Shown here: in pieces, positions 43,814 through 55,397 of the stretch | Numbering within the stretch: position 1 is the first letter of the stretch | Layout of the letters: the number at the start of each line of letters is the position of its first letter | From: an uncultured Desulfarculus sp. | GTDB taxonomy: Bacteria > Desulfobacterota > Desulfarculia > Desulfarculales > Desulfarculaceae | Direction: 5' to 3' | NCBI GenBank assembly: GCA_963665125.2 | Contig: CAXXUK010000001.1 | Location: forward strand, 3,392,001 to 3,456,000 | Length of the DNA stretch: 64,000 nt | Notes under the pieces: model-generated | Seen by the model: the letters and a program-made list of their open reading frames with translations, nothing else | Told to the model about the DNA's origin: nothing | Databases searched by the model: none | Made by a program: the position numbers and the translations under genes

Positions 43814-45379
43814 CTAATACGCCTCGTAAATGGCCTGGGCCACAGCGCCCAGGTCTCTGCCCACGACGTTCATTTCATTGATGCTGTCCAGGGGCGCGCT
43901 GTTTACATAAACGGCAAAGGCCACTTCCCTGCCGCTTCTGGTGGTCATGGTCCCGGCCAGGCCCTTGGCCAAAAGGATTATCCGCTCATTGGCCGGGTCG
44001 GAGACCAGGATGGTGCCGGTCTTGGCCTGGGCCTTGCCCCTGGCCGGACTGCCCGGCGGTACGGCATTGGCCAGGGTGCCGTCCACGCCGAGAATGGGCA
44101 GGCACTTGCGGAACTGACCGAACCAGGGCCGTTTGGCCGACGCCCTCACCAGGGCCACCGCCGCCTTGGGGCTGATCAGGTTGCCCATGGGCCCGCCGGC
44201 TCCGTCGAACAGGCTGACCGCGGCCGTGTCGAAACCGAGTTTGGTCAGTATCCCGGCCTCGGCGGCCATGGCTTGATCATAGTTTTCGCCGCCGGTATGG
44301 GCGGCCATGAGCATGGGCAGGGTCATGGCGTGCAGGTTGTGGCTGATCTTGAGGATCATTTCTATATTGCCTGTCAGCGGAGGCGAGGTATACAGCGCCA
44401 CCCTGGACATGGTCTTGTACTGGTCCGGCCGGGGCAGACGCCGGGTTGGGTTTTCCGCGGACGGATCGGCGGACGTCGTGACCCCGGCCCGCCGCAGTGC
44501 CTCGATTAACAGGGCCCTGGCAAACAGGCCGGGCTGGTCGGTCTGACAGGCCACGTTATAAGGTTTGCCGTCCGCCGGGATCGTGCCCTTGACCACGATT
44601 TCGTTGAACGGGGCCCACACGGCCTCCACTTCCGGCTGGGAGTCTCTCGGCCCCGTCTCGACCTGATTGGTCACCTTTATTGCCGCCGTAACGGGCCGCC
44701 ACTCCAGCTTGGGCAGGCTGCCGGGCGCGCCCGGCGTCAGAGTAATGTCCACGAAATTGTCGTTGATCATCATCGGACTGAGCCAGTAGTCCTCGTCCGG
44801 AGACAGGGTGACCGTAAAAAGCCGGTCGTCTATGATCACATCCCCTTCAATCCGGTCGATGCCCAGGGCTTTGACCTGCCCGGCCAAGTCCTCGAGCCCG
44901 GCCAGGGGATTGCCCTTGTGCAGGGTAAAGGCGAAAGTATCGCCCACCGTGTGGTCGGGGTGGGGATAATCCAGCTTGCCGTCCGGGCCCACGCGCCCGC
45001 CCATGTTCAGATCGCCCGAGGCCACCAGGATCAGATCGCCCTTGAGCACCCCGCCACTAACAGGGCCGATGGCAAATACCGGAGTTTTAAAGCGAAAATC
45101 AGGACCAAACAGCTCCATGGCCGCAGCGCAGGAAAAAAGCTTGGTGGTGGAGCCGGGCACGAACCACTGGTCCGGATTCAGGGCGGCAATGCTTTGGCCG
45201 GTTTTCAGGTCGGCCACATAGTAGCCCCATACGGCATGGGAATAGCGGGGCTGGCTCATGATTTTGGCGGCGCTGTCCAGCGGCCCCGGCGGCATACTCA
45301 TGGCGGGTGCGGCCAACAGCAGCAAAGATGCGACCATTAACCCCAAAAACCTGGTCATCCCAGTCATGCGGCCCTCCAA
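43814..45379 (-). CDS. dacB: D-Ala-D-Ala carboxypeptidase/endopeptidase (PBP4, peptidase S13)
   Basis: STTK (SxxK), SHN (SxN), KTG motifs. Confidence 0.88.
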   Translation of the reverse strand: MEGRMTGMTRFLGLMVASLLLLAAPAMSMPPGPLDSAAKIMSQPRYSHAVWGYYVADLKTGQSIAALNPDQWFVPGSTTKLFSCAAAMELFGPDFRFKTPVFAIGPVSGGVLKGDLILVASGDLNMGGRVGPDGKLDYPHPDHTVGDTFAFTLHKGNPLAGLEDLAGQVKALGIDRIEGDVIIDDRLFTVTLSPDEDYWLSPMMINDNFVDITLTPGAPGSLPKLEWRPVTAAIKVTNQVETGPRDSQPEVEAVWAPFNEIVVKGTIPADGKPYNVACQTDQPGLFARALLIEALRRAGVTTSADPSAENPTRRLPRPDQYKTMSRVALYTSPPLTGNIEMILKISHNLHAMTLPMLMAAHTGGENYDQAMAAEAGILTKLGFDTAAVSLFDGAGGPMGNLISPKAAVALVRASAKRPWFGQFRKCLPILGVDGTLANAVPPGSPARGKAQAKTGTILVSDPANERIILLAKGLAGTMTTRSGREVAFAVYVNSAPLDSINEMNVVGRDLGAVAQAIYEAY

Positions 45380-45629
45380 GCCAAGATGAATGCATCTTCA
45401 ATGCCCCACCATACCCGCCGGGGCCTCATAATAAAAGAAAAACGCCGTCCAATTTCCCAAAGTCCGGCGCAATGCAATCACACTACCGCTGCAATACAGC
45501 TGAATTGCAACCATATCTGATAGATATCACGGCACCATCTTTTCAATTCGCGAGGATATGTGTAAATATAACGCCCGGACCTGAATCCAGGCCCGTATTC
45601 CATTAAATGGCTTAGCGAGGGTAGACAAG

Positions 45630-46199
45630 ATGAGCAGCAATAAACTCGGAGAGCGGATAAAGTCATACCGCGAAAAAAACGGCATAAGCCTGGAGCAGAT
45701 GGCCGAGCGCACCGGCCTGGACCAGCAGTTCCTGCAGGCCGTTGAAGAACAGGATCTATACCCGTCGCTGGGCCCGCTGATCAAGATATCCCGCACCCTG
45801 GGCGTGCGCCTGGGCACCTTCCTGGACGACCAGGTCACCAGCGATCCGCTGATTGTGCGCCTTGATCAGCGCCAGGAACAGCTTGTGACCCACCGGGGCG
45901 GCCAGGCCGGAGCGGAAAACGTCTTTTACAGCCTGGGGCGGGGCAAGACCGACCGCCACATGGAGCCGTTCTTTGTCGAACTGCTGCCCGGCGCACCCCA
46001 ACCGGACAAGCTCAGCTCCCACGAGGGCGAAGAGTTCATCGTCGTCACCCAGGGCCTGGTGGAGCTGGTCTACGGCCAGCAGACCTACACCCTGAACGTG
46101 GGCGACAGCATGTATTACAACTCGGTGGTGCCTCACCACGTGGCCGCGGTGGGCGACGAAAAGGCCGCCATTTACGCGGTGTTGTATTTGCCGGAGTAG
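45630..46199 (+). CDS. XRE HTH + cupin regulator
   Basis: N-terminal HTH; HEGEEF, YNSVVPH. Confidence 0.92.
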   Translation: MSSNKLGERIKSYREKNGISLEQMAERTGLDQQFLQAVEEQDLYPSLGPLIKISRTLGVRLGTFLDDQVTSDPLIVRLDQRQEQLVTHRGGQAGAENVFYSLGRGKTDRHMEPFFVELLPGAPQPDKLSSHEGEEFIVVTQGLVELVYGQQTYTLNVGDSMYYNSVVPHHVAAVGDEKAAIYAVLYLPE

Positions 46200-46203
46200 G
46201 CCC

Positions 46204-47850
46204 ATGAGCGATACGGTTATTATCGATAAAACCCTGGGCCAGATCCTCGAAGACACCGTGGCCAAATACCCGGACAACCCGGCGGTGGTCTATGTGGACC
46301 GCAATTACAGGCTCACCTGGAGCGAGTTTCGCGACACGGTGAACGAACTGGCCAAGGGCCTGTTGGCCATCGGCGTCAAGCCCGGAGAAAAGGTGGCCGT
46401 GTGGGCCTCCAACGTGCCCTACTGGGTGGCCTTGCAATTCGCCACGGCCAAGATCGGGGCCATCCTGCTGACGGTCAATACCCATTACCAGCGGGCCGAG
46501 CTGGATTATCTGCTCAAGCAGTCGGAGACCGAAAACCTGGTGGTGGCCGACCGCTTCCGGGACAATGACTTCCTGGCCACGATCTACGAACTGATCCCCG
46601 AACTGCGCACCCAGGAGCGGGCTCATCTGCACACCGAGAACTACCCCCACCTCAAGCGGGTGATGTTCCTGGACCAGGAAAAGCACCGCGGCATGTTCTC
46701 CGTGCCGGAGATCATGGCCATGAGCCGCATGACTTCTGACGAGGAGCTGGCCCGCATCGAGGCCGCCCAGGAGCCGGACATGGTGGTGAACATGCAGTAC
46801 ACCTCTGGCACCACGGGCTTCCCCAAGGGCGTCATGCTGACCCACAAGAGCATCGGCACCAACGGCTACTGGATCGGCAAGCATCAGCTCCTGGGCCCGG
46901 ACGACCGGGTGTGCCTTCCCGTGCCGCTGTTCCACTGCTTCGGCTGCGTGCTGGGCGTCATGGCCTGCGTCAACCATGGTTCGTGCATGGTCATCCTGGA
47001 GGAGTTCGACCCGGTGCAGGTCATGGCCGCGGTGGAAAGCGAGCACTGCACGGGCCTGTACGGCGTGCCCACCATGTTCATCGCCGTGTTGACCCACAAG
47101 CTGTTCAATAAATTCGATTTCTCCAGCCTGCGCACCGGCATAATGGCCGGCAGCCCCTGCCCCATCAAGACCATGCGCGAGGTCATGGACCTGATGAACA
47201 TGACCGAGGTGACGATCTGTTACGGGCTCACCGAGAACTCGCCGGTGATGACCCAGACCCTGCCCGACGACAATGTGCAGCGCCGCACAGAGACCGTGGG
47301 CAAGGCCATGCCGGGTATCGAGGTGAAGATCGTCGATCCGGAGACCAAAAAGGAACTGCCCGCTGGAACCATCGGCGAGGTCTGCTGCCGGGGCTACAGC
47401 GTGATGAAGGGCTACTACAACATGCCCCAGGCCACGGCCGAGGCCATCAGCGAAGACGGCTGGCTCTACAGCGGCGACCTGGGCGTGTTGGACGAGCACG
47501 GCTATCTGGCCATCACCGGCCGCCACAAGGACATGATCATCCGGGGCGGCGAAAACATCTATCCCCTGGAGATCGAGGAATTCGTGCGCCACATGCCCGG
47601 CATCATGGATGTGCAGGTGGTGGGCGTACCCAGCAAGAAATACGGCGAGCAGGTCGGGGCCTTCGTCATGCTGGAGGAAAACGCCGACCTGAACCCCGAG
47701 GACGTGCGCGACCTGTGCCGGGGCCAGATCAGCCGTTACAAGATTCCCAAATACATCCAGATCGTCGACGCCTACCCCATGACCGCCAGCGGCAAGATCC
47801 AGAAATACAAGCTGGTGGAGCAGGCGGCCAAGCTCTGGCCCGAAGCCTGA
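46204..47850 (+). CDS. Acyl-CoA synthetase (AMP-binding)
   Basis: YTSGTTGFPKG, YGLTE, SGDLG, RGGENIYP, SGKIQK. Confidence 0.95.
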   Translation: MSDTVIIDKTLGQILEDTVAKYPDNPAVVYVDRNYRLTWSEFRDTVNELAKGLLAIGVKPGEKVAVWASNVPYWVALQFATAKIGAILLTVNTHYQRAELDYLLKQSETENLVVADRFRDNDFLATIYELIPELRTQERAHLHTENYPHLKRVMFLDQEKHRGMFSVPEIMAMSRMTSDEELARIEAAQEPDMVVNMQYTSGTTGFPKGVMLTHKSIGTNGYWIGKHQLLGPDDRVCLPVPLFHCFGCVLGVMACVNHGSCMVILEEFDPVQVMAAVESEHCTGLYGVPTMFIAVLTHKLFNKFDFSSLRTGIMAGSPCPIKTMREVMDLMNMTEVTICYGLTENSPVMTQTLPDDNVQRRTETVGKAMPGIEVKIVDPETKKELPAGTIGEVCCRGYSVMKGYYNMPQATAEAISEDGWLYSGDLGVLDEHGYLAITGRHKDMIIRGGENIYPLEIEEFVRHMPGIMDVQVVGVPSKKYGEQVGAFVMLEENADLNPEDVRDLCRGQISRYKIPKYIQIVDAYPMTASGKIQKYKLVEQAAKLWPEA

Positions 47851-47929
47851 TCACGGCTTAACCGCCAATCGAACGGACAATGCCGATGGGCCTTGCGGGG
47901 TCCGTCGGTTTTTTTACGCCTCGCGGCAG

Positions 47930-48346
47930 CTATGGACTCCAGCATCCATGGGAGTTGTTGATGTCGATCCACAGCACGCCCTTGTTGCTCTTGAAAAAGT
48001 AGTAGTAGACATTGGGGTTCGCCGGAGTGGTCCATTCGGCCTGCCAGGCCTGGTTGTTGTTGGGGTCGCAGTGGCCGATCATCTGGTCGAACACAACACC
48101 GGGCACCGGATTCTTGTTGGCGTCCCGGCCCTCGATGCGCAAATGGCTCATGCGCTTCCAGCATTTCTTGCGGGTGTTGCGGATCTTGATGTGCACACTC
48201 TGGCCGATGTAGCCTTGCTGATCGCACCAGCCTCCGTTGGTGTTTCCTTCGCCTAGGCCGAACCTCTCGGCCAGGGCCTGGCTGCCGACCGCGCAAAAAG
48301 CCAAGGCCAAAACCAGGCTCAGACCCCATTTGAGGAGCTTGTTCAT
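47930..48346 (-). CDS. Small secreted hypothetical protein with four Cys in the mature part
   Basis: AGGAGG RBS; signal peptide ending ALA. Confidence 0.7.
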   Translation of the reverse strand: MNKLLKWGLSLVLALAFCAVGSQALAERFGLGEGNTNGGWCDQQGYIGQSVHIKIRNTRKKCWKRMSHLRIEGRDANKNPVPGVVFDQMIGHCDPNNNQAWQAEWTTPANPNVYYYFFKSNKGVLWIDINNSHGCWSP

Positions 48347-48636
48347 ATTAATCCTCCTTTTTTATGGGGGGCAATAATGCAGAGTCGGGATGACCCCATG
48401 AACTGAATTACGCCGGTTCGCCAGGAACAGGCAATCGCCTTGTTTACGGTCGCTATTTCCTTTGGTTGATATGAGTTATTATCCCACCTTTTTGCGTGGG
48501 ATTTCACCAGAAAGAAGCCCTGCCAAAATGGCCGTTATCCGGCGGTGGCTGGTTAGCCGCGCCAAAGCAAACTTCTTTTTGCCCGTGTGCCTGGCGTGTT
48601 AGCCTGTATGCAACAATAAAAAAAGGGGTGATGGTC

Positions 48637-50058
48637 ATGCGAAAAATATTTATTGCCGCCGCGCTGACCGCGGCGCTGTTTCTGGCCTTGGCCTTTGGCG
48701 CCTCGGCCGCTGAAAAACTGACTAAATACGGCAAGGGCTGGCGTTTCGACAAGAACGGCTGGGTCTATATCCACATCGAGGGTGAACCCCATGAACGCGG
48801 TTTGCAGCATGGCTATCTGGCCGCGCCTGAGATCAAAAAGGCCCTACGAAGCCTGGAGTATCTGACCTACCAACAGACCGGAAAGAAGTGGGAGTTTTTC
48901 GTGGGCGCGGCGGTCAAGCTGTGGGCCAGCCGCGTCGACGACGAATTCCTGGACGAAATCAAAGGCATCGCCGCCGGAGCGACCAAGGCCGGGGTGAAGG
49001 TGACCTGGCAGGAGATCCTGGCCTGGAACGGCTATGAGGAACTCACCGACTATTGGTGGCCCAACGCCATGGACAAATACCGCTATCTGCCCAGCGTGGA
49101 AGCGCCCACCGGCCATTGCAGCGCCTTCATGGCCACGGGCAACGCCACCAAAGGCGGCAAGATCGTCATGGCCCACAACAGCTTCGACAACTTCGAGTGG
49201 GGCCAGTTCGCCAACATGGTTCTGGACATCGTGCCGGGCAAGGGCTTCCGTATTTTCATGCAGACCCAACCGGGCTTCATCCACTCCGGCGCCGACTTTT
49301 TCATCACCGGCGGCGAGTTGATGGGTCTGGAGACCACCATAGGCGGCTTTTCCCTTTACGACCCCAACGAGGACCCCGAGTTTTTCCGCGTCCGCAAGGC
49401 CATGCAATACGCCAAGGACCTGGACCAGTTCGTGGAGCTGATGAAAAAAAAGAACAACGGCGGCTATGCCAACTCCTGGCTGGTGGGCAACCGCAAGACC
49501 GGCGAGATCATGCGGCTTGAGCTGGGCCTGGAATACTACAACGTGGAAAAGAAAAAGGACGGCTGGTTCATCGGCTTCAATGCGCCACTGGACCCGCGCA
49601 TCCGCAACCTGGAGTGCTCCAACACCGGCTACTGCGACATCCGGAGGCACCAGGGAGCCCGCCAGGTGCGGCTTACCCAGCTCATGCGCCAGTACAACGG
49701 CAAGATCGACGTGGAGATCGCCAAAAAAGTGCTGGCCGACCACTATGACGTGTACCTGAAAAAGGAAAACCCCAGTTCACGCACCGTGGATGGCCACTAT
49801 GAACTGGACGACCGGGCATTTATGAGCGACCCCAGCCGACCCAAGCCCTACAGGCCCCGGGGCGCCGTGGACGGCAAGTGCACCGACAGCGAATTGGCCG
49901 GCCAGTGGAAGGCCTGGTTCCGCTGGGGCAACAGCTCGGGCATGCCCTTTGACGCCAAGAAGTTCCTGGCCGAGCACATCCAGTGGGAATACCTTGACGG
50001 CTATCTCTTTGACCGGCCCAGCCGGCCCTGGACCTTGTTCGAGGCGGGCCAGCAGTAA
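48637..50058 (+). CDS. Secreted Ntn-hydrolase (C45/phospholipase B-like)
   Basis: Signal peptide; IEGEPHERG..HG; HCSAF nucleophile; MAHNS; NNGGYANSW. Confidence 0.8.
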   Translation: MRKIFIAAALTAALFLALAFGASAAEKLTKYGKGWRFDKNGWVYIHIEGEPHERGLQHGYLAAPEIKKALRSLEYLTYQQTGKKWEFFVGAAVKLWASRVDDEFLDEIKGIAAGATKAGVKVTWQEILAWNGYEELTDYWWPNAMDKYRYLPSVEAPTGHCSAFMATGNATKGGKIVMAHNSFDNFEWGQFANMVLDIVPGKGFRIFMQTQPGFIHSGADFFITGGELMGLETTIGGFSLYDPNEDPEFFRVRKAMQYAKDLDQFVELMKKKNNGGYANSWLVGNRKTGEIMRLELGLEYYNVEKKKDGWFIGFNAPLDPRIRNLECSNTGYCDIRRHQGARQVRLTQLMRQYNGKIDVEIAKKVLADHYDVYLKKENPSSRTVDGHYELDDRAFMSDPSRPKPYRPRGAVDGKCTDSELAGQWKAWFRWGNSSGMPFDAKKFLAEHIQWEYLDGYLFDRPSRPWTLFEAGQQ

Positions 50059-50145
50059 GACCAGGGGCATTTAATGCAAAGCGGCCGCTCCGGGATGCCG
50101 GGGCGGCCGTTTCATTCAAACATGCAAAGTGCCGGTTTCACGGAT

Positions 50146-52638
50146 TCATGAATTGTCCAGCAGGTTGCGCACGCTGGCCAAAAGCTGGCTGGCCCGGAAA
50201 GGTTTGGCCAGGTACCCCGCCGGCTTGCGCTCCATGATCGACAGCAGGGGACCCTCGGGACTATAGCCGCTGACCACCAACACCAACACACCAGGGTCAA
50301 TTTCCCGCAGCTTATCCAGACACTGGGTCCCGCCCATGCCCGGCATGCCCACGTCCAACACCACCAAATCGATATCATGGCCCACGTCCTCGTAAAGGAT
50401 CAGGGCCTCCTCGCCCGAAGCAGCCGTAAAGACATGATAGCCTTCGCGCTCCAGGGCGCCCCGGGCGATGTTGCGCAGGGCCGGTTCATCATCAACCACC
50501 AGGACCGTCTCCCGGTCCACGGCCAGTTCGGAGCCGAGAGGATATTCCCTTACCGCTTCCTCGATTTGGCCCACCGCCATGTCCACGGCCGGAAAATAGA
50601 CCTTGAATTCAGAGCCCTGGCCCAGTTTGCTGGTGCAGGAAACCCGGCCGCCGTGGCCCTTGACTATGCCGTAGACCGTCGACAACCCCAGACCGGTGCC
50701 CTTGCCGATTTCCTTGGTGGTAAAAAACGGATCAAATGCCAGGGTTTGCACTTCTTCGGGCATGCCCTGGCCGGTGTCACTGACGATCATCAAGACATAC
50801 TTGCCGGGCTGGAGATCCGGCCGTCCATGGCAATAGTCCTGGTCCACATGGATCAGCCTTGTTTCTATGGTCAGGATGCCGCCTTCGGGCATGGCGTCGG
50901 CGGCATTGACGCCAAGGTTGACCAGGACCTGTTCCAATTGGCTGGAATCAGCGAAAATGACTATTTGCTGATTGTCCAGGTCCACCTTCAAGTCGATCAT
51001 CTTGGGGATCAGGTTGCGCAGCAGCTCCGCGCCGCGATTGATTTCATAATTGAAATCCAGCGGCACCCTCTCGCTGGTCATCTTACGGCCGAATGTGAGG
51101 ATCTGGCGCACAAGCTTTTTGGCCCGCTCGGCGGCATGCAGGACTTGGCCGATCTCCTCTGTGTTTTGCCGGCCTTCGGCCACCCTGTCCAGGGCCAATT
51201 CGCCGTAACCCATGACCGCGCCGAGGATGTTGTTGAAATCGTGGGCAATGCCTCCGGCCAGGGTGCCCAGGGACTCCATCTTTTGCGAGTGCCGCAACTG
51301 TTGTTCCAGGGCGCGTTTTTCCGTTTCGGCCATCTTGCGCTCGCTGATGTCGCGAATCAGGGCCAACAACAGCGTTTCATTGAGGCCCGGCATCCTGGTC
51401 AGGTTGACCTCGGCCGGAAATTCCTTGCCGTCCAATCGGCGCAGAACCCATTCAAAGGTCTGGCTTTTGCCGGCCAAGGCCTTTTTTGTCAGTTCTTTGG
51501 TAATGGTCTTTGAGTCACGTCCATCGGGCTGGGTCTGCGGGTATAATTGCCAGGAGCTTATACGCTGTATTGTCTGCTCGGGCAACTGGAACATCTCGGA
51601 GCCCGCGGGGTTGTAATCGATCACATTTTCACCCCGCAAAAGGAATATGGCGTCGGAGATGTTTTTAAAGAGCGTCAGATAACGCGATTCACTTTCGCGG
51701 ACAGCCTGTTCGGCGTCCTTGCGTTCAGTGGTGTCAAACAGCGTCTCGATTGCCCCTATGGTGTTGCCGTCGGCATCCCGCAGCGGCGCAGCCAAAAATG
51801 TCAGCCAAACGCCTTTTTCGCCCAGATGAGAAAAATACCGTTCAGCTCCGATAGCGCCGGGAATGAGACGGGACATCTCATAATCCGCGCCATACAGCTT
51901 TTCGATATCCTTTTCATCCGCGCCATCAACAATAATATCGGCCAAGAGCGGCCTTTTGCGGCCGTAGAAAATTTCCGAGTGCCGCTGGGTGCGGATCACG
52001 TCCTCTTCATTGACCCCGGTCAGGGCCTGGCAGGCATTGTTCCAGTGGGTAATTCTGTGTTGTTTGTCGATGACAAACACCGGCGTGGGGATATTGTCCA
52101 CGATGAGGCTGAGCCGGTTGGCGCCCCGCTCCAGTTCTTCCTGGGCCTTTTTTTGCTCGGTGATGTCCTGGATAAAACTCATCACCGCCGGGCGGCCCCG
52201 CCAGGTGATGATACTGGCCTGGGTAATCAGCCAGATGTGGTCGCCGTTGGCGGAAATGAACTTTGCAGGATAATTGTTGTCGCCGGTGTGGCCATCCAGA
52301 CGCGACAAGTGCCGCCCCATGATCAAATCGCGGTACTGCGGGTGGGCGAATTCAATAAATGGCCGGGATGATAGTTCTTCCTCGGAATACCCCATTATTC
52401 GGGACAAGGCGGGATTGGCAAAACATATCTGGTTGTCTTGGATTATGCAGATGCCGCTGAGGGTGTTTTCAACAATCTTCCGGTAGGAATCTTCGTCGGC
52501 CTTTTGACCGGCATCGGCTTTTCCGTGGCGGGTAAGCCGGGCCTCCAACTCCTCCACGCGAAGCCTTAGTTGCTCGTTAAGCTCCTTCAGCTTCCTGTTA
52601 CTGTCGTCGCTGAGATTCTGAGAAGATTTAGCAGGCAT
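50146..52638 (-). CDS. Cytoplasmic multi-PAS hybrid histidine kinase
   Basis: Three PAS domains; AGGIAHDFNN; GKGTGLGL; REC domain. Confidence 0.93.
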   Translation of the reverse strand: MPAKSSQNLSDDSNRKLKELNEQLRLRVEELEARLTRHGKADAGQKADEDSYRKIVENTLSGICIIQDNQICFANPALSRIMGYSEEELSSRPFIEFAHPQYRDLIMGRHLSRLDGHTGDNNYPAKFISANGDHIWLITQASIITWRGRPAVMSFIQDITEQKKAQEELERGANRLSLIVDNIPTPVFVIDKQHRITHWNNACQALTGVNEEDVIRTQRHSEIFYGRKRPLLADIIVDGADEKDIEKLYGADYEMSRLIPGAIGAERYFSHLGEKGVWLTFLAAPLRDADGNTIGAIETLFDTTERKDAEQAVRESESRYLTLFKNISDAIFLLRGENVIDYNPAGSEMFQLPEQTIQRISSWQLYPQTQPDGRDSKTITKELTKKALAGKSQTFEWVLRRLDGKEFPAEVNLTRMPGLNETLLLALIRDISERKMAETEKRALEQQLRHSQKMESLGTLAGGIAHDFNNILGAVMGYGELALDRVAEGRQNTEEIGQVLHAAERAKKLVRQILTFGRKMTSERVPLDFNYEINRGAELLRNLIPKMIDLKVDLDNQQIVIFADSSQLEQVLVNLGVNAADAMPEGGILTIETRLIHVDQDYCHGRPDLQPGKYVLMIVSDTGQGMPEEVQTLAFDPFFTTKEIGKGTGLGLSTVYGIVKGHGGRVSCTSKLGQGSEFKVYFPAVDMAVGQIEEAVREYPLGSELAVDRETVLVVDDEPALRNIARGALEREGYHVFTAASGEEALILYEDVGHDIDLVVLDVGMPGMGGTQCLDKLREIDPGVLVLVVSGYSPEGPLLSIMERKPAGYLAKPFRASQLLASVRNLLDNS

Positions 52639-52802
52639 TGCCGTTTCTGTTTAAATGCTTGTTTGCCGGTTGTTAATCTGGCCAATCCGAAACAATGATT
52701 AAAGTAGCATACCGTACATTACACACTGGCTTGCCGTCGTTGCAATGCTTCAGTGACTGAGCCATTATTTAATTAACCGGGAACTAAATGGTGGAGGGGG
52801 TG

Positions 52803-53549
52803 ATGAAGGTTGTATTTCATGAAGACTTTTATCAGGTTTACACCGGAGATCCGGCAGCCGAGCCAGGGCGTATAGAGTCCATTATTGATCAAATTCAACC
52901 ACATGTACAATTAATTGAAGCCAAGCCAGCCCCAGACGAAGACCTGTTGGCCGCCCACAGCGCCCGGCATATCGGCGAAGTCAAACGCCGGGGCCTACAT
53001 TACATAGCCTCCCTGGCGGCCGGCGGAGCCATACAGGCCGCCGAAACAGGCCTGACCGAGCCGTGCATGGCCGTGATCCGTCCGCCGGGCCACCACGCAT
53101 CAGCCGATTCCTGCTGGGGATTTTGCTATTACAACAACATGGCCGTTGCCCTTTTGTCCCTGAAAAACAGGGGGCTTATCAAAACGGCCTTTGTGTTGGA
53201 TTTTGATCTTCACTTTGGCGACGGCAACGTCAACATCCTGGAAGGACGCAACTGGGTGCGCATCTTCAACCCCGACGCCCCGGACCGGCGAAGCTATTTG
53301 CTGGAAGTGGAGCAGCAACTCAAGGCCAACCCGGCTTCGATAATCGGCATCTCGGCCGGCTTCGACAATCACCGCGACGACTGGGGCGGATTGTTGACCA
53401 CCGAAGACTATGAGGCCATGGGCCGGATGGCGGTTCAGGCGGCCAGGGCCAACAGCGGTGGTTGTTTTGCAATCTTGGAGGGCGGTTACAATCATGCCGT
53501 GCTGGGCCAAAACGTATTGGCCCTATTACAGGGCATGTCCTGGGCCTGA
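52803..53549 (+). CDS. Histone deacetylase family Zn-dependent amidohydrolase (compact)
   Basis: RPPGHHA, GFC, DFDLHFGDG, SAGFD, EGGY. Confidence 0.92.
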   Translation: MKVVFHEDFYQVYTGDPAAEPGRIESIIDQIQPHVQLIEAKPAPDEDLLAAHSARHIGEVKRRGLHYIASLAAGGAIQAAETGLTEPCMAVIRPPGHHASADSCWGFCYYNNMAVALLSLKNRGLIKTAFVLDFDLHFGDGNVNILEGRNWVRIFNPDAPDRRSYLLEVEQQLKANPASIIGISAGFDNHRDDWGGLLTTEDYEAMGRMAVQAARANSGGCFAILEGGYNHAVLGQNVLALLQGMSWA

Positions 53550-53582
53550 AGCGGCGTTTCACCGCTCCAGGCCCGGTTGGTC

Positions 53583-55397
53583 TTAGTGGCGGGAGTGGCC
53601 GGGCAGGGCGGCAACGGCCCGCGAGCTGATCCCGGCGGCGGGTTTGGTCCACGCCGGACCGGAGCCGTTGGAATTGCCGTTTGCCGAAGCGCCCTTGACG
53701 ATGGCGGTCAATTGGACGACCGCCTGCTTCATTTCCACGGCCTGGTTTTGCAGTTCCTCGGCTGACGCCGCGGTTTCCTCCGAGTCCGCCGCATTGCGCT
53801 GGGTCACTTTGTCCATTTCCGCGGTGGCGTTGTTGAGCTGGCCCAGGCCCAAGGAGTTTTCGTCGCTGGCCGCCCGGATCTCTCCAATCAGGTCAGCCAT
53901 TTTCTCCGAGTTTTCTCCGACAACCTCGAATACCGCATTGGTGCTTTCCACCAGCTGGTTGCATCCCTGCACCTTGCTGATGGTGTCTTGAATCAGCGTC
54001 GAGGTGTTCTTGGCGGCCTCGGCGGCCCTCATTGCCAGGGAGCGTACCTCGTCGGCCACAACCGCGAAACCTGCCCCGGCTTCACCGGCCCTGGCAGCCT
54101 CCACCGCGGCGTTAAGGGCCAACAGGTTGGTCTGGAAAGCGATTGCATCGATATCCTTGACGATCTTGCCGGTCATCTCGCTGGCGTGAGAAATTTCCTC
54201 GATGGACTTGGTCAGGGTGGCCAGGGACTCACCGGCCTGGGCGACCACGGATCTAGCCTCATCGGTCAAGCTATTGGCCTGTCTGATGTTGTCGGCGGTG
54301 GACTTGGACATGGCCGCCATCTGCTCAAGTGACGCGGCCGTTTCCTCCAGGGCCGAGGCCTGCTCCGAAGATCCCTCGGCCAGGTTTTGGCTGGAGGCCG
54401 ATACCTGCTCCGAGGCTGCGGCCACGCTGTTGGAGCCCAGGGATATCTCGCTGACGACGTGCAGGATGGGCCCGCTGACCGATTTGGCCACGATCCAGGC
54501 CACCAACGCGCCGATGAGAATCGCCACGGCACCCAAACTGATATTGAAGTTGCGTATGGCCACCGCCGGCGCGAAGAGCTGCTCCTCGTTTGCGGTCATG
54601 GTAACGACCCAGTCGCAGCCGGGAACCTGATTGAACGCCGCGATCTTGTCTACTTCTTTCCAGGTATAGGCCAACACGCCTTTTTTTTGGCTCAGAATAT
54701 CCCGGCCGAAATCATATTCGCTGAGGTTCAATTTCAGGACATTGTCACGGTTGGGGTGGGCCAGGATTAGGCCGTCACCGTTGGTCAGGTAGGCGTAGCC
54801 CGCATCGCCGTTGTTTTGGGGATCGATGAAGTCGGTGTTCACGCCCTGCATTTTGACGGATGCCGCCATGATGCCCACAACCCGGCCCTGGTGAATGACG
54901 GGAGCGGAAAAGACCACCACCGGCTGGCCCGAAACCTTGCTCATGAGTACCCGTGATGTGGCGGATTGCCCGCCCATGCTCTTACGGAAATAATTCCTTT
55001 CGCCCAGGTTGACTATTCCGACGCTTGCTTTGTCCGAAGAGGCGACGATCAAGCCGTTGCCGTCAACCAATCCAAGCGTATCGAGCTCGGGGCATATTTT
55101 GGCGATCTCGGCCAAACGGTTGCTAACCTTTTCCGCGACGCTTTTGTCCTCAGCCTGGACCAGGGGATTGGCCAGGGTAGGGCTGGAGGCCCAGATTTGG
55201 ACGTTTTTGGAATTATTGTCCCGCCACAGCCCTATTTGCTTGGCCGTATCAGCGGCATCGCCTTGGATGCTGCCGGTGATGCAATCCTGCAAGGCCTGTT
55301 TTGATCGAAAGTAGCCGGTGATGGTGGAGGCCCCCATGCAGAGGCCCAGCAGTAATACGGTTGGAACAAGGATTTTGTTGCTGAGAGAGAGTTTCAT
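53583..55397 (-). CDS. Methyl-accepting chemotaxis protein (dCache sensor)
   Basis: Two TM helices; [34 protein letters not shown]. Confidence 0.95.
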   Translation of the reverse strand: MKLSLSNKILVPTVLLLGLCMGASTITGYFRSKQALQDCITGSIQGDAADTAKQIGLWRDNNSKNVQIWASSPTLANPLVQAEDKSVAEKVSNRLAEIAKICPELDTLGLVDGNGLIVASSDKASVGIVNLGERNYFRKSMGGQSATSRVLMSKVSGQPVVVFSAPVIHQGRVVGIMAASVKMQGVNTDFIDPQNNGDAGYAYLTNGDGLILAHPNRDNVLKLNLSEYDFGRDILSQKKGVLAYTWKEVDKIAAFNQVPGCDWVVTMTANEEQLFAPAVAIRNFNISLGAVAILIGALVAWIVAKSVSGPILHVVSEISLGSNSVAAASEQVSASSQNLAEGSSEQASALEETAASLEQMAAMSKSTADNIRQANSLTDEARSVVAQAGESLATLTKSIEEISHASEMTGKIVKDIDAIAFQTNLLALNAAVEAARAGEAGAGFAVVADEVRSLAMRAAEAAKNTSTLIQDTISKVQGCNQLVESTNAVFEVVGENSEKMADLIGEIRAASDENSLGLGQLNNATAEMDKVTQRNAADSEETAASAEELQNQAVEMKQAVVQLTAIVKGASANGNSNGSGPAWTKPAAGISSRAVAALPGHSRH

